NCBI GenBank assembly: GCA_001600695.1
Contig: BCKQ01000001.1
Span: 1,873,671-1,937,670 of the forward strand
DNA length: 64,000 bases
Source of the DNA: Ascoidea asiatica JCM 7603
Taxonomy: Eukaryota; Fungi; Ascomycota
Direction of reading: 5' to 3'
This document shows, one piece after another, positions 45,881-57,400 of the stretch (position 1 is the first letter of the stretch; each line of letters begins with the position of its first letter). The notes under the pieces were generated by a model, which had not been told where the DNA came from, did no database searches, and saw nothing but the letters and a program-made list of their open reading frames with translations. The translations under genes were made by a program, and so were the position numbers.

Positions 45881-47419
45881 ATGGATTTAATCATTATTCA
45901 ATCTTCATTTAAAGATGTTATTTCTGATGTTCAATCAAATATCTTAAAAAATGATAAATTTTGGATAAATATAAGAAAATTAGATTCAGTTATTTCTCCA
46001 GTTAAAGAATATCAAATTAATGTATCAAAAGATTTAAATAATAATTTATTATTTAATTGTATTCATATTATTAGTCAATCAATTAATAACATTAATAATA
46101 ATAATAAAAAACAAGTAATTAATAATAATTCTGAAGTTATTAATGATTTTCAATTTAAAATTATTAATGATTTTAATTATGAAATTAAAATTAATAAAAA
46201 TTTATTTAAAATTCAAACTCCAAAATCTTTTAAAATTATAAATAAAAAAATTAATTTAAATACAATTGATATTTCAAATCAATTAAATAATAATTTAAAT
46301 ATTTTTAAAACAAATAATTTCATCTCAATTGGTGATTCAAAAGGTAATATATATATTTTAGATTTTCCAAAATTAAAAATTTTAAAAATTTTAAATAATC
46401 AACATAATTATGATTTATTAATTTTAAAAAATTTTCCTTCAAATAAAGTTATATTATCAACTTCATTAAATTATGAAATTAAAATAACTGATTTAATTAA
46501 TTTATTAACTCCAAGAATTTTTTATCCACATAAAAAATTTATAACAAATATAAATTTAATTGGTTCAAATGGTAGAAATTTTATCTCAACTTCTTTAGAT
46601 TCAACAATTAAATTAATTGATATTGGTTCAAATTCAATTTTAAAAACTTTTAAAAGAATTATTAATCCTTCTGGAATTACTTCAAGTTTTTTATATAATG
46701 ATTTAAATAAAAATTTATTATTAAATCAAAAAAATATAATTTCAAATTCAAAAATTTCAAAATTTCAATTTGAATTAGATGGTAAATTTATCTTAATTGG
46801 TGATTTAAATGGTTATATAACTCAATTTAATTTAAAATTTGGTTTTCAAGGCTTTTCAATTAAAAATGATGAAAATAATAATGAAGAAGAAAATATAAAT
46901 CCTTCAATATCTTCTTTATTATTAACTAAAAATGAATTTGATTCTTCAAATAAAAATGATTTACAAAATTTATATCTTATCATAGGTTTTTCAAATGGTT
47001 TATTAAAAATTTATAACTTTAATATCAATAATAATAATAATATTAATAATAATAATAGTAATAATAATAATAATAATAGTAATAATGGTTTAGATAATCC
47101 AAATGAAATTTTTAAAATTTTCATTAATAAAAATATTCCAATAAATTTATTAAAATTTGATTCAATTAATCAAATTTTATATATATCTTCAAATGATGAT
47201 ACTTTATTATCAATTAATTTTAAAAATTTAAATTTAAATGATTTAATAAATAATTCTTATATTAATAATTTAATTAATTTTAAAAAAAATTTAAAATTTT
47301 TAACTTTTGGTTCAATTGATAATTTAAATGATGAATATAGTCAAGTTTTAGATATGACTTTAAATAATTCTGGTAATTTATTTACTGTTGGTAAATTTGG
47401 TTCAATTAGAATGTACTAA
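45881..47419 (+). CDS. RPN14: Proteasome base assembly chaperone Rpn14/PAAF1 (WD40)
   Basis: FPSNKVILSTSLNYEIKI..TPRIF..H..IT..IG..GRNFISTSLDSTIKL. Confidence 0.85.
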   Translation: MDLIIIQSSFKDVISDVQSNILKNDKFWINIRKLDSVISPVKEYQINVSKDLNNNLLFNCIHIISQSINNINNNNKKQVINNNSEVINDFQFKIINDFNYEIKINKNLFKIQTPKSFKIINKKINLNTIDISNQLNNNLNIFKTNNFISIGDSKGNIYILDFPKLKILKILNNQHNYDLLILKNFPSNKVILSTSLNYEIKITDLINLLTPRIFYPHKKFITNINLIGSNGRNFISTSLDSTIKLIDIGSNSILKTFKRIINPSGITSSFLYNDLNKNLLLNQKNIISNSKISKFQFELDGKFILIGDLNGYITQFNLKFGFQGFSIKNDENNNEEENINPSISSLLLTKNEFDSSNKNDLQNLYLIIGFSNGLLKIYNFNINNNNNINNNNSNNNNNNSNNGLDNPNEIFKIFINKNIPINLLKFDSINQILYISSNDDTLLSINFKNLNLNDLINNSYINNLINFKKNLKFLTFGSIDNLNDEYSQVLDMTLNNSGNLFTVGKFGSIRMY

Positions 47420-47499
47420 TATTAAATTATAATTGTAAGACTATTAAATATATATATAAAAAAAAAAAAAAAAAAAAAAATCATTCATTACTTAAAATT

Positions 47500-49101
47500 T
47501 TAATTAGAAAAATGAGATTCTTCACTTTTCATTATATCTTGTTTATTATGTTCTGTAAGATAATCTGCTCTATATTTATTAAGTTCTTGAGTTTGTTCAT
47601 AAGTACTTGGAATAAATTTATCTGATCTCCATGCATATTTATATTCATCATACATCACATCAATATCTTCTAAAGTCATATTTTTACTTTCATAAACCAT
47701 TAAATATGCAAATAAAAAACATAATGCATTACATCCTCCCCAAATGAAATAAACTCTTGTACCTAAATTTGCATTTCCAGGTCCAGAATCAATCATATAT
47801 GGTGTTGCATATGCAATACCAAAATTCCATAACCAATTTGATGCTGTTGATAATGCAACTGATTTTGCTCTTGTTCTTAATGGAAAAATTTCTCCAACTA
47901 TAACCCAACAAACTGGTCCCCAAGTTGATGCAAAAAATGCTATAAAAATACATGCAAATGCAATTAAACAATTATTTGCAGGACCTGATTCTGCAACTTC
48001 ACCAACAATTGCAATTATAAAATCAGAAATGCACATACCAATTGCACCCCAAATTAATAATGGTCTTCTACCTGCAACTTCAACTAAATAAATACCTGGT
48101 AATGTCATAACCATATTAACAACATTTGTAATAACTTGAACAGTAAATGCATTTTTTATACCTGCATTACCAAAAAATGTTGTACCATAATAAAAAATAA
48201 AATTAATACCTGTTAATTGTTGAAACATTTGTAATCCAGTACCTGTGATAAGTCTTTTTAATTGAGAATTTGGTTTTTTAAAACAATCTATCCAACTTGA
48301 TTTACCAAATGAACATTCATAATCATAATTTGCTTTAATATCTTGATATTCTTCATCAATTTCATTATGATCTAAAGGTAATTTTCTTAATTTTGATAAT
48401 GAAATTTTTGCATTTTTTTCATTATTTTTTATAATCCAAAATCTTGGAGTATCAGGTAAAAAAATCATTCCAATACCTAAAATTAAAGACCATAAAAATT
48501 GTAAAGCAATTGGAATTCTATAAGAACTTGAATCATTTCTATTTTCAGTACCTTTTTCAACACATGAAGCTAAAAAAATTCCAATAGTTATAGCAAATTG
48601 ATAACAAGAAACAATTGCACCACGAACAGATTTTGGTACAGTTTCAGATTGATATAAAGGAATAGTTGCAGAAATAAAACCTAAACCTAAACCTGCAATT
48701 GCTCTACCTGCAGCCAATAAACCAATTGAAGTTGCAGCAGTTTGTAAAATAATTCCAAGATTAAAAGTTATAAAAGAAGATAAAAGTAATGTCCATCTAC
48801 GACCTAAAGTATCAGCAATATATGGAGCTAATAAAGAACCAAAAAAAGTACCTGCAGATAATATTGAAACAATTAATGAATGTTCAGAAGATGAAAAATC
48901 AATATTATTACTTGGAAATCTATTTTTAACATAATTCATTGCCATTATACCAGAAATTGAACCTGTATCATAACCATATAATATACCACCAAAAGATGCA
49001 AATAAACCAACAAATATTGAAACAGATAATGAAGATTCTGTTGGTCTTTCAGGTGGTGAATAAAATTTTTTTTTTAAAGTAGAAAAATTAAATTTACTCA
49101 T
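47500..49101 (-). CDS. MFS sugar porter, high-affinity glucose/hexose transporter (Hgt12/Gxs1/Rco3-like), no sensor tail
   Basis: FGGILYGYDTG, DTLGRR, PDTPR, QQLTGINFIFYYG, GEIFPLRTR and VYESK; short C-terminus. Confidence 0.9.
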   Translation of the reverse strand: MSKFNFSTLKKKFYSPPERPTESSLSVSIFVGLFASFGGILYGYDTGSISGIMAMNYVKNRFPSNNIDFSSSEHSLIVSILSAGTFFGSLLAPYIADTLGRRWTLLLSSFITFNLGIILQTAATSIGLLAAGRAIAGLGLGFISATIPLYQSETVPKSVRGAIVSCYQFAITIGIFLASCVEKGTENRNDSSSYRIPIALQFLWSLILGIGMIFLPDTPRFWIIKNNEKNAKISLSKLRKLPLDHNEIDEEYQDIKANYDYECSFGKSSWIDCFKKPNSQLKRLITGTGLQMFQQLTGINFIFYYGTTFFGNAGIKNAFTVQVITNVVNMVMTLPGIYLVEVAGRRPLLIWGAIGMCISDFIIAIVGEVAESGPANNCLIAFACIFIAFFASTWGPVCWVIVGEIFPLRTRAKSVALSTASNWLWNFGIAYATPYMIDSGPGNANLGTRVYFIWGGCNALCFLFAYLMVYESKNMTLEDIDVMYDEYKYAWRSDKFIPSTYEQTQELNKYRADYLTEHNKQDIMKSEESHFSN

Positions 49102-50013
49102 TGTTAATTTGATTTGTTTTGCTTTGATTTTGTTTGATTTAATTTTTCTAAATGATTTTGTTTTTAATTAAGATTATTATTTCATTATTAATTAATAAAA
49201 AGATTGAAAAATTGGTAAAATTAAAAGGGAAATTAATTTTCTTTTTATAAAAAAACAAGAAGATAAAGTAAGTAAGAAAAAGTTTTTTTTGGAAATTCTT
49301 GGTAAACTCAAAAATTTTTTTGATTAAAGCCCACTTTTATTCAATAAGAAACTTTTATTGAAAGAATCTTACTTTTGAAAAGCAAGAATAAAATCATACA
49401 TTCAAGGCACCAAAATTTCAATAATATGGGGAAATTTATGGGGTGCTGAAAAGTTTATAAATTTATGTATCTAAAAAATCTTAATATTTTACTAAAAAAG
49501 ATTTTAATTCAGTATATTATATATTTTACTTGAATGAATAATATTCAAGCATTTTTTAAGTCATTCACTAAAAGCAATGTTAAAAATCATTTAAATCATA
49601 AGATATTAAAAAATTAAATGGGAAAATTAATTAAAATTTGAGTAATTATAGAAATTTTAATTCAAAGGATTAATTATGCAATAGTTAAAATAAATAAAAA
49701 TTTTTGAGGGGTGTTTTAGTCTGTTAATTTTTCCTAAAATTTTCAATAAATTCAAATTCACTATAGAGGCAAGAATTATGTCATAGTAAGAGTTTAATAT
49801 ATATTTTTAAAGAGTATTGAAACAGTGTAGAGGAAAAATTAGTAATTAAACTAAAAAGACTCCACTAATGTAAAATGCAATAAATTATTTCAAAAAGTTT
49901 GTTTGAATTCAAAAATAAATGATAATTATTACCCAAATAAGTTGCTGAGGGGTGTTTGCGAACTGTCGAGAATTTTAAACTTGCCCAGTTCAGCGCTTAC
50001 AGGTTTCGCGGCT

Positions 50014-50141
50014 CGGACTAACTGAGTCTGTAGGACCCTGCCAGAACCCTGCGTGCCCAGTCTTTCTAGAAAAACCTTATTATCCGTCCAATTTTACGGA
50101 GAAACGGAAAAACACGGAAGTTGGTTGTTCCGCTCGGATTA
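50014..50141. promoter_or_regulatory. Cluster of Rgt1-type CGGANNA sites
   Basis: CGGACTA 50014, TTATCCG 50080 (reverse), CGGAGAA 50097, CGGAAAA 50105 and CGGATTA 50135, upstream of the sugar transporter. Confidence 0.55.
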
Positions 50142-50465
50142 ATAAAAATTCAAATCTGTCCGTATTTTAGTGGAATCTTGTCCAGTCAATTATTTTGTCC
50201 TGGTCCTAATCCTGGTCCTAATCATCGCCAAAAAACAGTGTCCATTTATTTACTGTTGTTTGCCCCGGCAGTTAGAGCCCTGATTGAATGGTGTATAACT
50301 TTTAAGTTTTTAGCTGTCTTCAACAAAAATAAAGGAATCTTCACTCTTTTCAGAGAGTGTGTCGAATATAATTAAAGGTAATTGAATCAATCATTTCAAT
50401 TGAATTGATCAAATCAATTGAACATATTTCATCATATTTGGTTAATCAATTATAGAATCTTATAA

Positions 50466-53159
50466 ATGATGTTTCAAAAATCAATTACAGATATATTACC
50501 AAAGGATATTTTAAAATCAACTATAGAATATTTAGATCAAAATGATTTAATAACTTTATCTTATTCAAATAGATTTTTTTATGATTTAATAATACCAAAA
50601 TTATATTCAAATATTTATATTCAAGATTTTAAATTATTAATACCAAATGATAATAATTATTTTAATGATTTCAAGTTAAATTGGACTTATATTTCAAATA
50701 ATTTTAAATTTTTATCAAATTTAAAAGGTTTAATGTATGATTGTCCAAGTTATGATGAATTATTAATGTTTATAAAGTTATTAGATATTGATATTTTAAA
50801 TGAATTTGAAAATGAATATAATAACAGAGAAACTCAAAATCAAAATCAAAATCAAAATCAAAGTAGAAATTCAAATAGATCAATAAAAAACTATACTTCA
50901 ATTTTCAAAATTTATAATTTTTTAAGATTAGATAATTTTTATAAAAATTTAATTAATTTAATTTTATCAATAGAATCAAATAAAAAATTATTGAAATTTA
51001 TTAAAAAAATCTTTATAGATTTATCTTTTGATAATGAAAATTTATCAAAATATGATTTTAAAATAATTTATTTAATTATAAATAATATTTTAAATAAAAT
51101 TATAACAATAAATCCATTTTTAAAAATTGAATTTTCTGATTATTTAACACAAACTTTATTTGAAAATTTATCAAAAGATATTAGATTTTTTTGGTTAGAT
51201 ATGAATTTATATGATAATTTAAGTTTAAATAAAATTCATTTTACAATAGATTTAGAATTTTTTTATAATAAAAATTTTAGTAATTTAAATAATTATATAA
51301 ATTATGAAAAAAATTATAAACAAATTAATAATTTAAATAATTTATCAAGTAAACAATTTAATTTATTAACACTTAAAAAAATTCAAAATTTAAAATCAAT
51401 GGAATTAACTTTATGGGATTCAATTTATTTAAATCAAAATATTTTAACATTTTTAAAATATCATGAATATTTTAAAAATAATACTATTATTAATAATAAT
51501 CATTATAATAATAATAATAATAATAATGTAACTTTGAAATTATTAATTGCATATGATGAAATTTATCAATTAAATAATTTAAATTCAATAAAATGTTATA
51601 TAAGTTTAATTAATTATTCATATACTAAAAAATTATTCTTAGAAATTTCTTGTCAATGTTTTGAAGATGCAAATAGTAATAGAAGAAATGATTATAATAT
51701 TGGTAATAATAATGAAGAAGATGAAAATGATAATTTATATATATGTAATTGTAATTATAAATTTTATAAAAATTTAATTAATCCAATTCATTTAAATTTT
51801 TTAAATAATGGATTAAATTATAATAATTTAAAAGAAATTTATATTAATGAAATTTCATTATTTAAAACAAATGAATTAAATAAATTATTTCAATTTTTAT
51901 TTATTTATTTACCAAATATAAATTTAATTAATTTAAATTTTAAAAATTCAATAAATTATATTAATAATAATGAAATTAATAATGATTTTAATTATTTTCA
52001 TAAAGAATCAGATTTAATTTATGATAATTTAAAAAATTCACAATCCTTTTTAGGTGAATTAATTAATTGTTTTTTAAATTTATTTAAAAAAAATGAAAAA
52101 AATAGAAATTTAAATATTTCAAATTTAAAATTTTTTTATTTAAATGGAAAATTTTCTCAAAATATGTTAAGTTATTTATTATTTGAATTTGTTTCAAATA
52201 AATTTTCAAAAAATTTTAATTTTAATGAAATTAATAATAATAATGATAAAAAAATTAAATTTTTAACAAAGAAAAAAATAAATTTTAATAAAATATATGA
52301 AAAAAATTCAGAAATTATAAATAATTTTAAACCATTTTTAAAAATACCTTTAAATAATCAAAATCAAGTTAATCAAAGAAATCCAATTACAGAAAATCAA
52401 CATGAATCAGATTCTTATTTAGCTGATTATTTTATTGACTATTCTGTAGATATTGATGATAATGAAAATAATGAAAATAATGAAAATAATGAAACTAATG
52501 AAAATGAAGATTATGAGAATAGTGAAGATGAAGATGAAGATGAAGATGAATATAGAGAAGAAAATGAACACTTCTATATGAGAAATTATGAAATTTTAAA
52601 ATATTTTCAATTAGTTTTAGAAAATTTTTTAAATTATTTTAATAAGAAAAATTTTGAGAATTATTATGGAATTAATGAAATTAGTAAATTTAATAAAAAT
52701 TATCCAAATTTAAATTTAAATTTAATTTTTAAAGATATTTTAAATAATATTTCAATGTTAAGTGATAATGCAACCAATAATATTGATAATGATAATGATA
52801 ATGATAATGATATTAAGAAAATAAATGAATTAGCTAAAAAATTTAATTCAAATAGTTATATAAATTTATTAATTGATTATTTTGAAGAATTAATTGAAGT
52901 TATAATTAATAATGAAATTAAAGAATTTAAAAAACTTGAAATTTTATCAATTGGTGGATTACCATTAATAATTAAATTAGATAAAGATAATATTGGAAAA
53001 AGAAAAGTTTCATCACAAATTATAATTGAAGAATTTGAAAAAGATTGTTATGAGAGTATAAAATCATGTTTTAAATTAAAATCTGATAAAAATATTGTTT
53101 CTGATATTCATATGGATATGGGAGAAAATTTTGAAAATGTTGAAAATTTCAAAAGATAA
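50466..53159 (+). CDS. Orphan protein with an N-terminal F-box-like motif
   Basis: ITDILPKDILKSTIEYLDQNDLITLSYSNRFFYDLIIPKLYSNI; the rest is Leu/Asn-rich and unrecognised. Confidence 0.7.
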   Translation: MMFQKSITDILPKDILKSTIEYLDQNDLITLSYSNRFFYDLIIPKLYSNIYIQDFKLLIPNDNNYFNDFKLNWTYISNNFKFLSNLKGLMYDCPSYDELLMFIKLLDIDILNEFENEYNNRETQNQNQNQNQSRNSNRSIKNYTSIFKIYNFLRLDNFYKNLINLILSIESNKKLLKFIKKIFIDLSFDNENLSKYDFKIIYLIINNILNKIITINPFLKIEFSDYLTQTLFENLSKDIRFFWLDMNLYDNLSLNKIHFTIDLEFFYNKNFSNLNNYINYEKNYKQINNLNNLSSKQFNLLTLKKIQNLKSMELTLWDSIYLNQNILTFLKYHEYFKNNTIINNNHYNNNNNNNVTLKLLIAYDEIYQLNNLNSIKCYISLINYSYTKKLFLEISCQCFEDANSNRRNDYNIGNNNEEDENDNLYICNCNYKFYKNLINPIHLNFLNNGLNYNNLKEIYINEISLFKTNELNKLFQFLFIYLPNINLINLNFKNSINYINNNEINNDFNYFHKESDLIYDNLKNSQSFLGELINCFLNLFKKNEKNRNLNISNLKFFYLNGKFSQNMLSYLLFEFVSNKFSKNFNFNEINNNNDKKIKFLTKKKINFNKIYEKNSEIINNFKPFLKIPLNNQNQVNQRNPITENQHESDSYLADYFIDYSVDIDDNENNENNENNETNENEDYENSEDEDEDEDEYREENEHFYMRNYEILKYFQLVLENFLNYFNKKNFENYYGINEISKFNKNYPNLNLNLIFKDILNNISMLSDNATNNIDNDNDNDNDIKKINELAKKFNSNSYINLLIDYFEELIEVIINNEIKEFKKLEILSIGGLPLIIKLDKDNIGKRKVSSQIIIEEFEKDCYESIKSCFKLKSDKNIVSDIHMDMGENFENVENFKR

Positions 53160-53279
53160 TTTGTTACTAGATACGTTTTGTTTACTTAAAGTTAATAAAT
53201 GAATATATAAATACAACAAGAACTCTCTCCTTTTGCGGGCCCGCTATATACTGCCAGATTTGTCGTTCTGTAAAAAAAA

Positions 53280-54982
53280 TGAATGGAACAAATATATATC
53301 ATAAGTCACCTGATAAAAAAACAGAAAATAGTTTATATATAGATTCTCATTTTGATGATAATAATAATAACAAAAGGATAATGAAAAATTATGATACAAT
53401 AAATGATATATACAATACAAATAATAATAATAATATACATTCAAATACAAATATAAATATATTTAACAATGAGGTACATCTGCCTCTTTCGAAAAAAGGC
53501 TTTGGATTTATCTCAAAAAGATTGAGAATTTACAGTAAAAAAATAATCAAATTGTTAAATTAAAATTTTTTGGTTACGATGGTGGGCGGTAATGTATCAA
53601 TATGTAAATTTAATAATAATATTGATAATTTTTTATTTGTGCTACAAACAATTGCTAACAATTTATTGTTAATCATTTTTTTCTTTGATTGAAATTGTGT
53701 TCGAATATTCTAGGCTATTCTTAGACCTTCTAATATTGCATAGATTGTTCTACGACTACATTCTATTGCGTTCTCAGAACTTTCGTGTGCATGTTAAATG
53801 TACTAGAACATTCTGGGTCTGCATTATTTATTCTTTCTCCGAAATTCTGTGTGCATCTCGAATGTACTGGAATCTTTGTGTTTGTTTTTAGAATAACGTG
53901 GTGTCTTCTAGAACAATACTTTATTTTATTTCTTTTCATAAATATGGGAAGTGAACGTTTACATACTAAATTTACAAATTTATTCTTAAGATGGGTTACC
54001 CGCTCCTCTTTTCCACTAATATAAATACGGCACTTACCTCCCATATTTTTTATATAATTTTTATATATTTTATATTTTAATTAACAATTTTTTATAATTT
54101 GAATTAGATATCTTCTTAGTAATAATTAGATATTTTGTTCGAACTACAATCACAATCCAAAAAAAGTTTAAACTCAATTTTTAAGATAGCTACAACTTCA
54201 TAAGTTTTGTAAATCTTCAATTATTAAAAACTATTATGGTACTTTAATGAATGGATAGCAGGTTGTAATTTATATTACAAATAGAATATAAGGGTGCTAA
54301 ATATTGAGAAGCAATTTATAAAAAGGTGAAAAGTAAACATGGTAGCATCGGTGAAAAAAGTTTAGGTAAAATTGGTGCGCGTGTTTCAAAAGGTTTGTCC
54401 TATTTACATCAGCCTACATCTAGTCATAGAGACATTAAATCTTACAAAATTCTTTCAAATGAAATTCGTTAAATAAAGGTATGTCATGTTGGTGGTTTTG
54501 GTGTCGTGGTGAATTCGTAAACGTTCTCCCTTTACTGAAACCTCTTTATTATATGTCCCCATCAAGAATTCATAGTCATTTCTATACTGGTAGAAGTGAA
54601 GTTTGATTTCATCATTTAACTTTATGAGAAGGTGCAAAAAGTAGCTTTTTCATTTTGATAAGTCAACAAATAATGATATGCATAATGATATTATATTAGC
54701 AATAATAATTACAACGCAGATCTTGATGAAAAGCCTTCAACACCACCAGTGGCTAAAATTGAATTATTATGTTCACATTTAGAATTCCCACCTGAACATT
54801 AAGACAAAACCTGAAAAAGGATCATTTGGACAAAAGGTTGTGGTTGATTCGTTGAACATTGTTTAAAAAGAGATCCAACAAAAACGTGGATGCCCCGCCA
54901 AATGATTTAACATCTGTGGATGATTGGACAAATGGAAATTGAAGTAAATATGAAATAATTTGTATTTCAGTGTTGGAAATGA
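53280..54982 (+). pseudogene. MKK1/MKK2-type MAP kinase kinase pseudogene, split by an insertion
   Basis: Stop- and frameshift-ridden remnants: GGNVSICKF..FVLQTIAN (~53585-53660); NYYGT; EAIYKKVKSKHGSIGEKSLGKIGARVSKGLSYLHQ..HRDIK; IIWTK..FVEHCLKRDP..PRQMI*HLWMIGQMEIEVNMK*FVFQCWK*. The 5' limit is approximate. Confidence 0.85.
53667..54145. mobile_element. Non-coding insertion of ~420-480 bp inside the MKK pseudogene, possibly a solo LTR
   Basis: It separates contiguous kinase subdomains II and III. TGTTAAT (53667)...ATTAACA (54086) are inverted ends; an alternative ACAAT duplication lies at 53658 and 54146. Ends are ambiguous. Confidence 0.5.
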
Positions 54983-55449
54983 GTGAAGATTTTTTTATCT
55001 TCAATTATATTTATTGTAATTAGAATGCAGTTAGTAAAAGATTAAATTGAATACAATATATGATTAACATATCAGCAATTCAAGTAAAAAGCTTACTTCG
55101 TGCAAAGGCTAGCTGTTAATGCTCGGAAGCTTAGGTCTCGCTTTTTCATAGTTTCACCAACAAGGCAATGTTCCCAGATGTAAGACATAATTGCGATTAT
55201 TTCTTATTGTTGAACGACTGTTTTAGCTCTGGCGGTAACATCCGTGTTACTGCGTCAGTGACGTTACATACCAGGTCAATGCGATAATAAGAAAAGAATC
55301 CAATATCCAGGTGGGGAAAGACGATACTAACAAAAATGCGAAAATCTAATTTTTTGAAACTCCTCAACCTACGCCACAAAGGCTCGACTAGAAGGTTGTA
55401 TTACTAGGGGTTCAAAATACTAACATATTTAATTATTGTTGTGTAATCA

Positions 55450-57400
55450 GCTTTCATCCAATCACTTTTCAAAAATTTTAAAGCAGTTTATATTTATTAG
55501 AACTATAAAGCCACTACCGCCACTAAAATCCTTTGATTAAATCTTGAATACTTGAATTTAACTGTTTACATTGGGCATAGTTCAAATCATTGTGCCAACT
55601 GTAAAATAATTGACGGCACTTTTCAAGTGTTTCGTTGAACTCACTAATATCTTCATTAAATACCCTGTCTTCATTATGTTCGGCAACACTGGAATCCTCG
55701 GCTCATCAAGCTGATAGGGGTTCATACCTAAATCTCTGAAAATATTTTGAGATTCAGAGAAATTCAAGAAATTATATCCTTTTAAAATATCTGAAAAAAA
55801 CATATGTATGCAGGGTAGATGACAAGCCTCAAAAAAGGCGCAGTTACATTCATTAGACAATGTGGCAGGGCTAAATCTATCTTCCACTCCCCGCTGCAGG
55901 TTGGCATCAGCATCTATAACCTCCAGCCCATTCTGTTTTGCATAACAAACTGAAACCCTTGAATATCAGGCCCTTTTTGTGTTCCATAATTTACTTTGTA
56001 ACTTTAGTCATGTGCAGCCTTTTTTTTTTGTCATCAATTGTCACGTGAAATGTTTTCAACTTTGTAACCAATTGTTCAATAGACTCCGTTCTGACAATAC
56101 TTACAACAAAAACACTTTTGAGCTGGGAGTGCATATTTTCTGCATCTTGAGTGGAAAATGTTTGAAAAAGGTATTTACTGTATCTTCTATACGCCACAGA
56201 CCAAAACAGAATAGATGTTAACTGAGTCCTAACATAATTTGCAATTCCCACTAACCCAATAGAACTTCAGTGATATCGTCCATAACAAATTCCCATGCAT
56301 CTGCCCTAGTCTTTGCATACTTTGCTTTAACAAGTAGTTTAACTAAAACACATGACCTGCAACTTTGAAGGTTTTATTTCCACAATTCATGCACGTGCCA
56401 GACACAAATGTAAAGCTTACTACTAGGCCAAAACTCAACTAAGGCTTTTATTTCCGCTGAACCGGCATCCGTAATAACATAGCTCGGACCAAACATTCGA
56501 CCGCTAAGTCTTTCTAATTCGGCTAATCAAGTTTTAATGTCAATAGCATTTTCACTTCTTACAATAAAATGAGTACCTGGGGTTACAATATTACTCTTAT
56601 CTTTAAAGGAAATGGTAAATAAAAGATAATTAAACCGATTTGTGCAGTGTGTGGCGTTCATTATAAGCAACACAGCGTCAAAAAATTCAGCCAAGAATGA
56701 TTTTAACAAGAAAACCATGGAAAGTCCAACACGTGACCAAACATATTTTTCCGAATTATGTAAGACACCACCGGCTAAATCCATGTCATCAACAATCCGG
56801 GGAAGCATGGGGCTGCATAAATTTTTTTAGTAAACTTTAAAATATGGTTTCGGATGAACCATGAAGGAACCTTGTCTGCCCCTAAAGTTAAATAGTAATT
56901 GCCTAACAAACTTGGCAAAGTTTTTTTAATTTCGAGCTGTTTATATCCTTTAGCTACCTCGTCTAATATAATTTCTTCAACAAATTTCCAGTGCTTTTTC
57001 CTATCAGTGGCCTGAAGGTCATGATTATGAGGCAGTGTTTGAACAATCTTAACACAAGCCGCATATCATTAATTGCGATTCTAGCAGGACATTTAACACC
57101 TAATTTGACAGAAGTATTTTTTTGGTGCTTATCGGGTGACTCAGGTAATCTAGAGCAATCATGATCATTTAACCGACAATCCAGTTTTTCTTCCGAGCTC
57201 TATCACCTCTTTCTTTTTGATACAAAATTGATAAGGCATATGCTTTTTCTTCACTGGTTTGGTTATAAAAAAGCATAAACCCTTCAAGCAGCAGAGCAAT
57301 TTCCCTTAGCAACAGTGCCTGGAAGCAAATGTGGAAATTGCATGAGTGTTTATAGATTTTGAGTACTCTTTCAGGACAGTGTGATTATAAATAAAGCTAA
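55450..57400 (-). mobile_element. Degenerate Mutator-like (MULE) transposase
   Basis: KCPARIAI..HNH (WRKY/GCM1-like DNA-binding domain), MNATHCTN..VITDAGSAEIKAL..ICVWH (MULE DDE core) and CNC..CHLPCIH (SWIM); many stops and frameshifts; no TIRs found; limits approximate. Confidence 0.85.
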
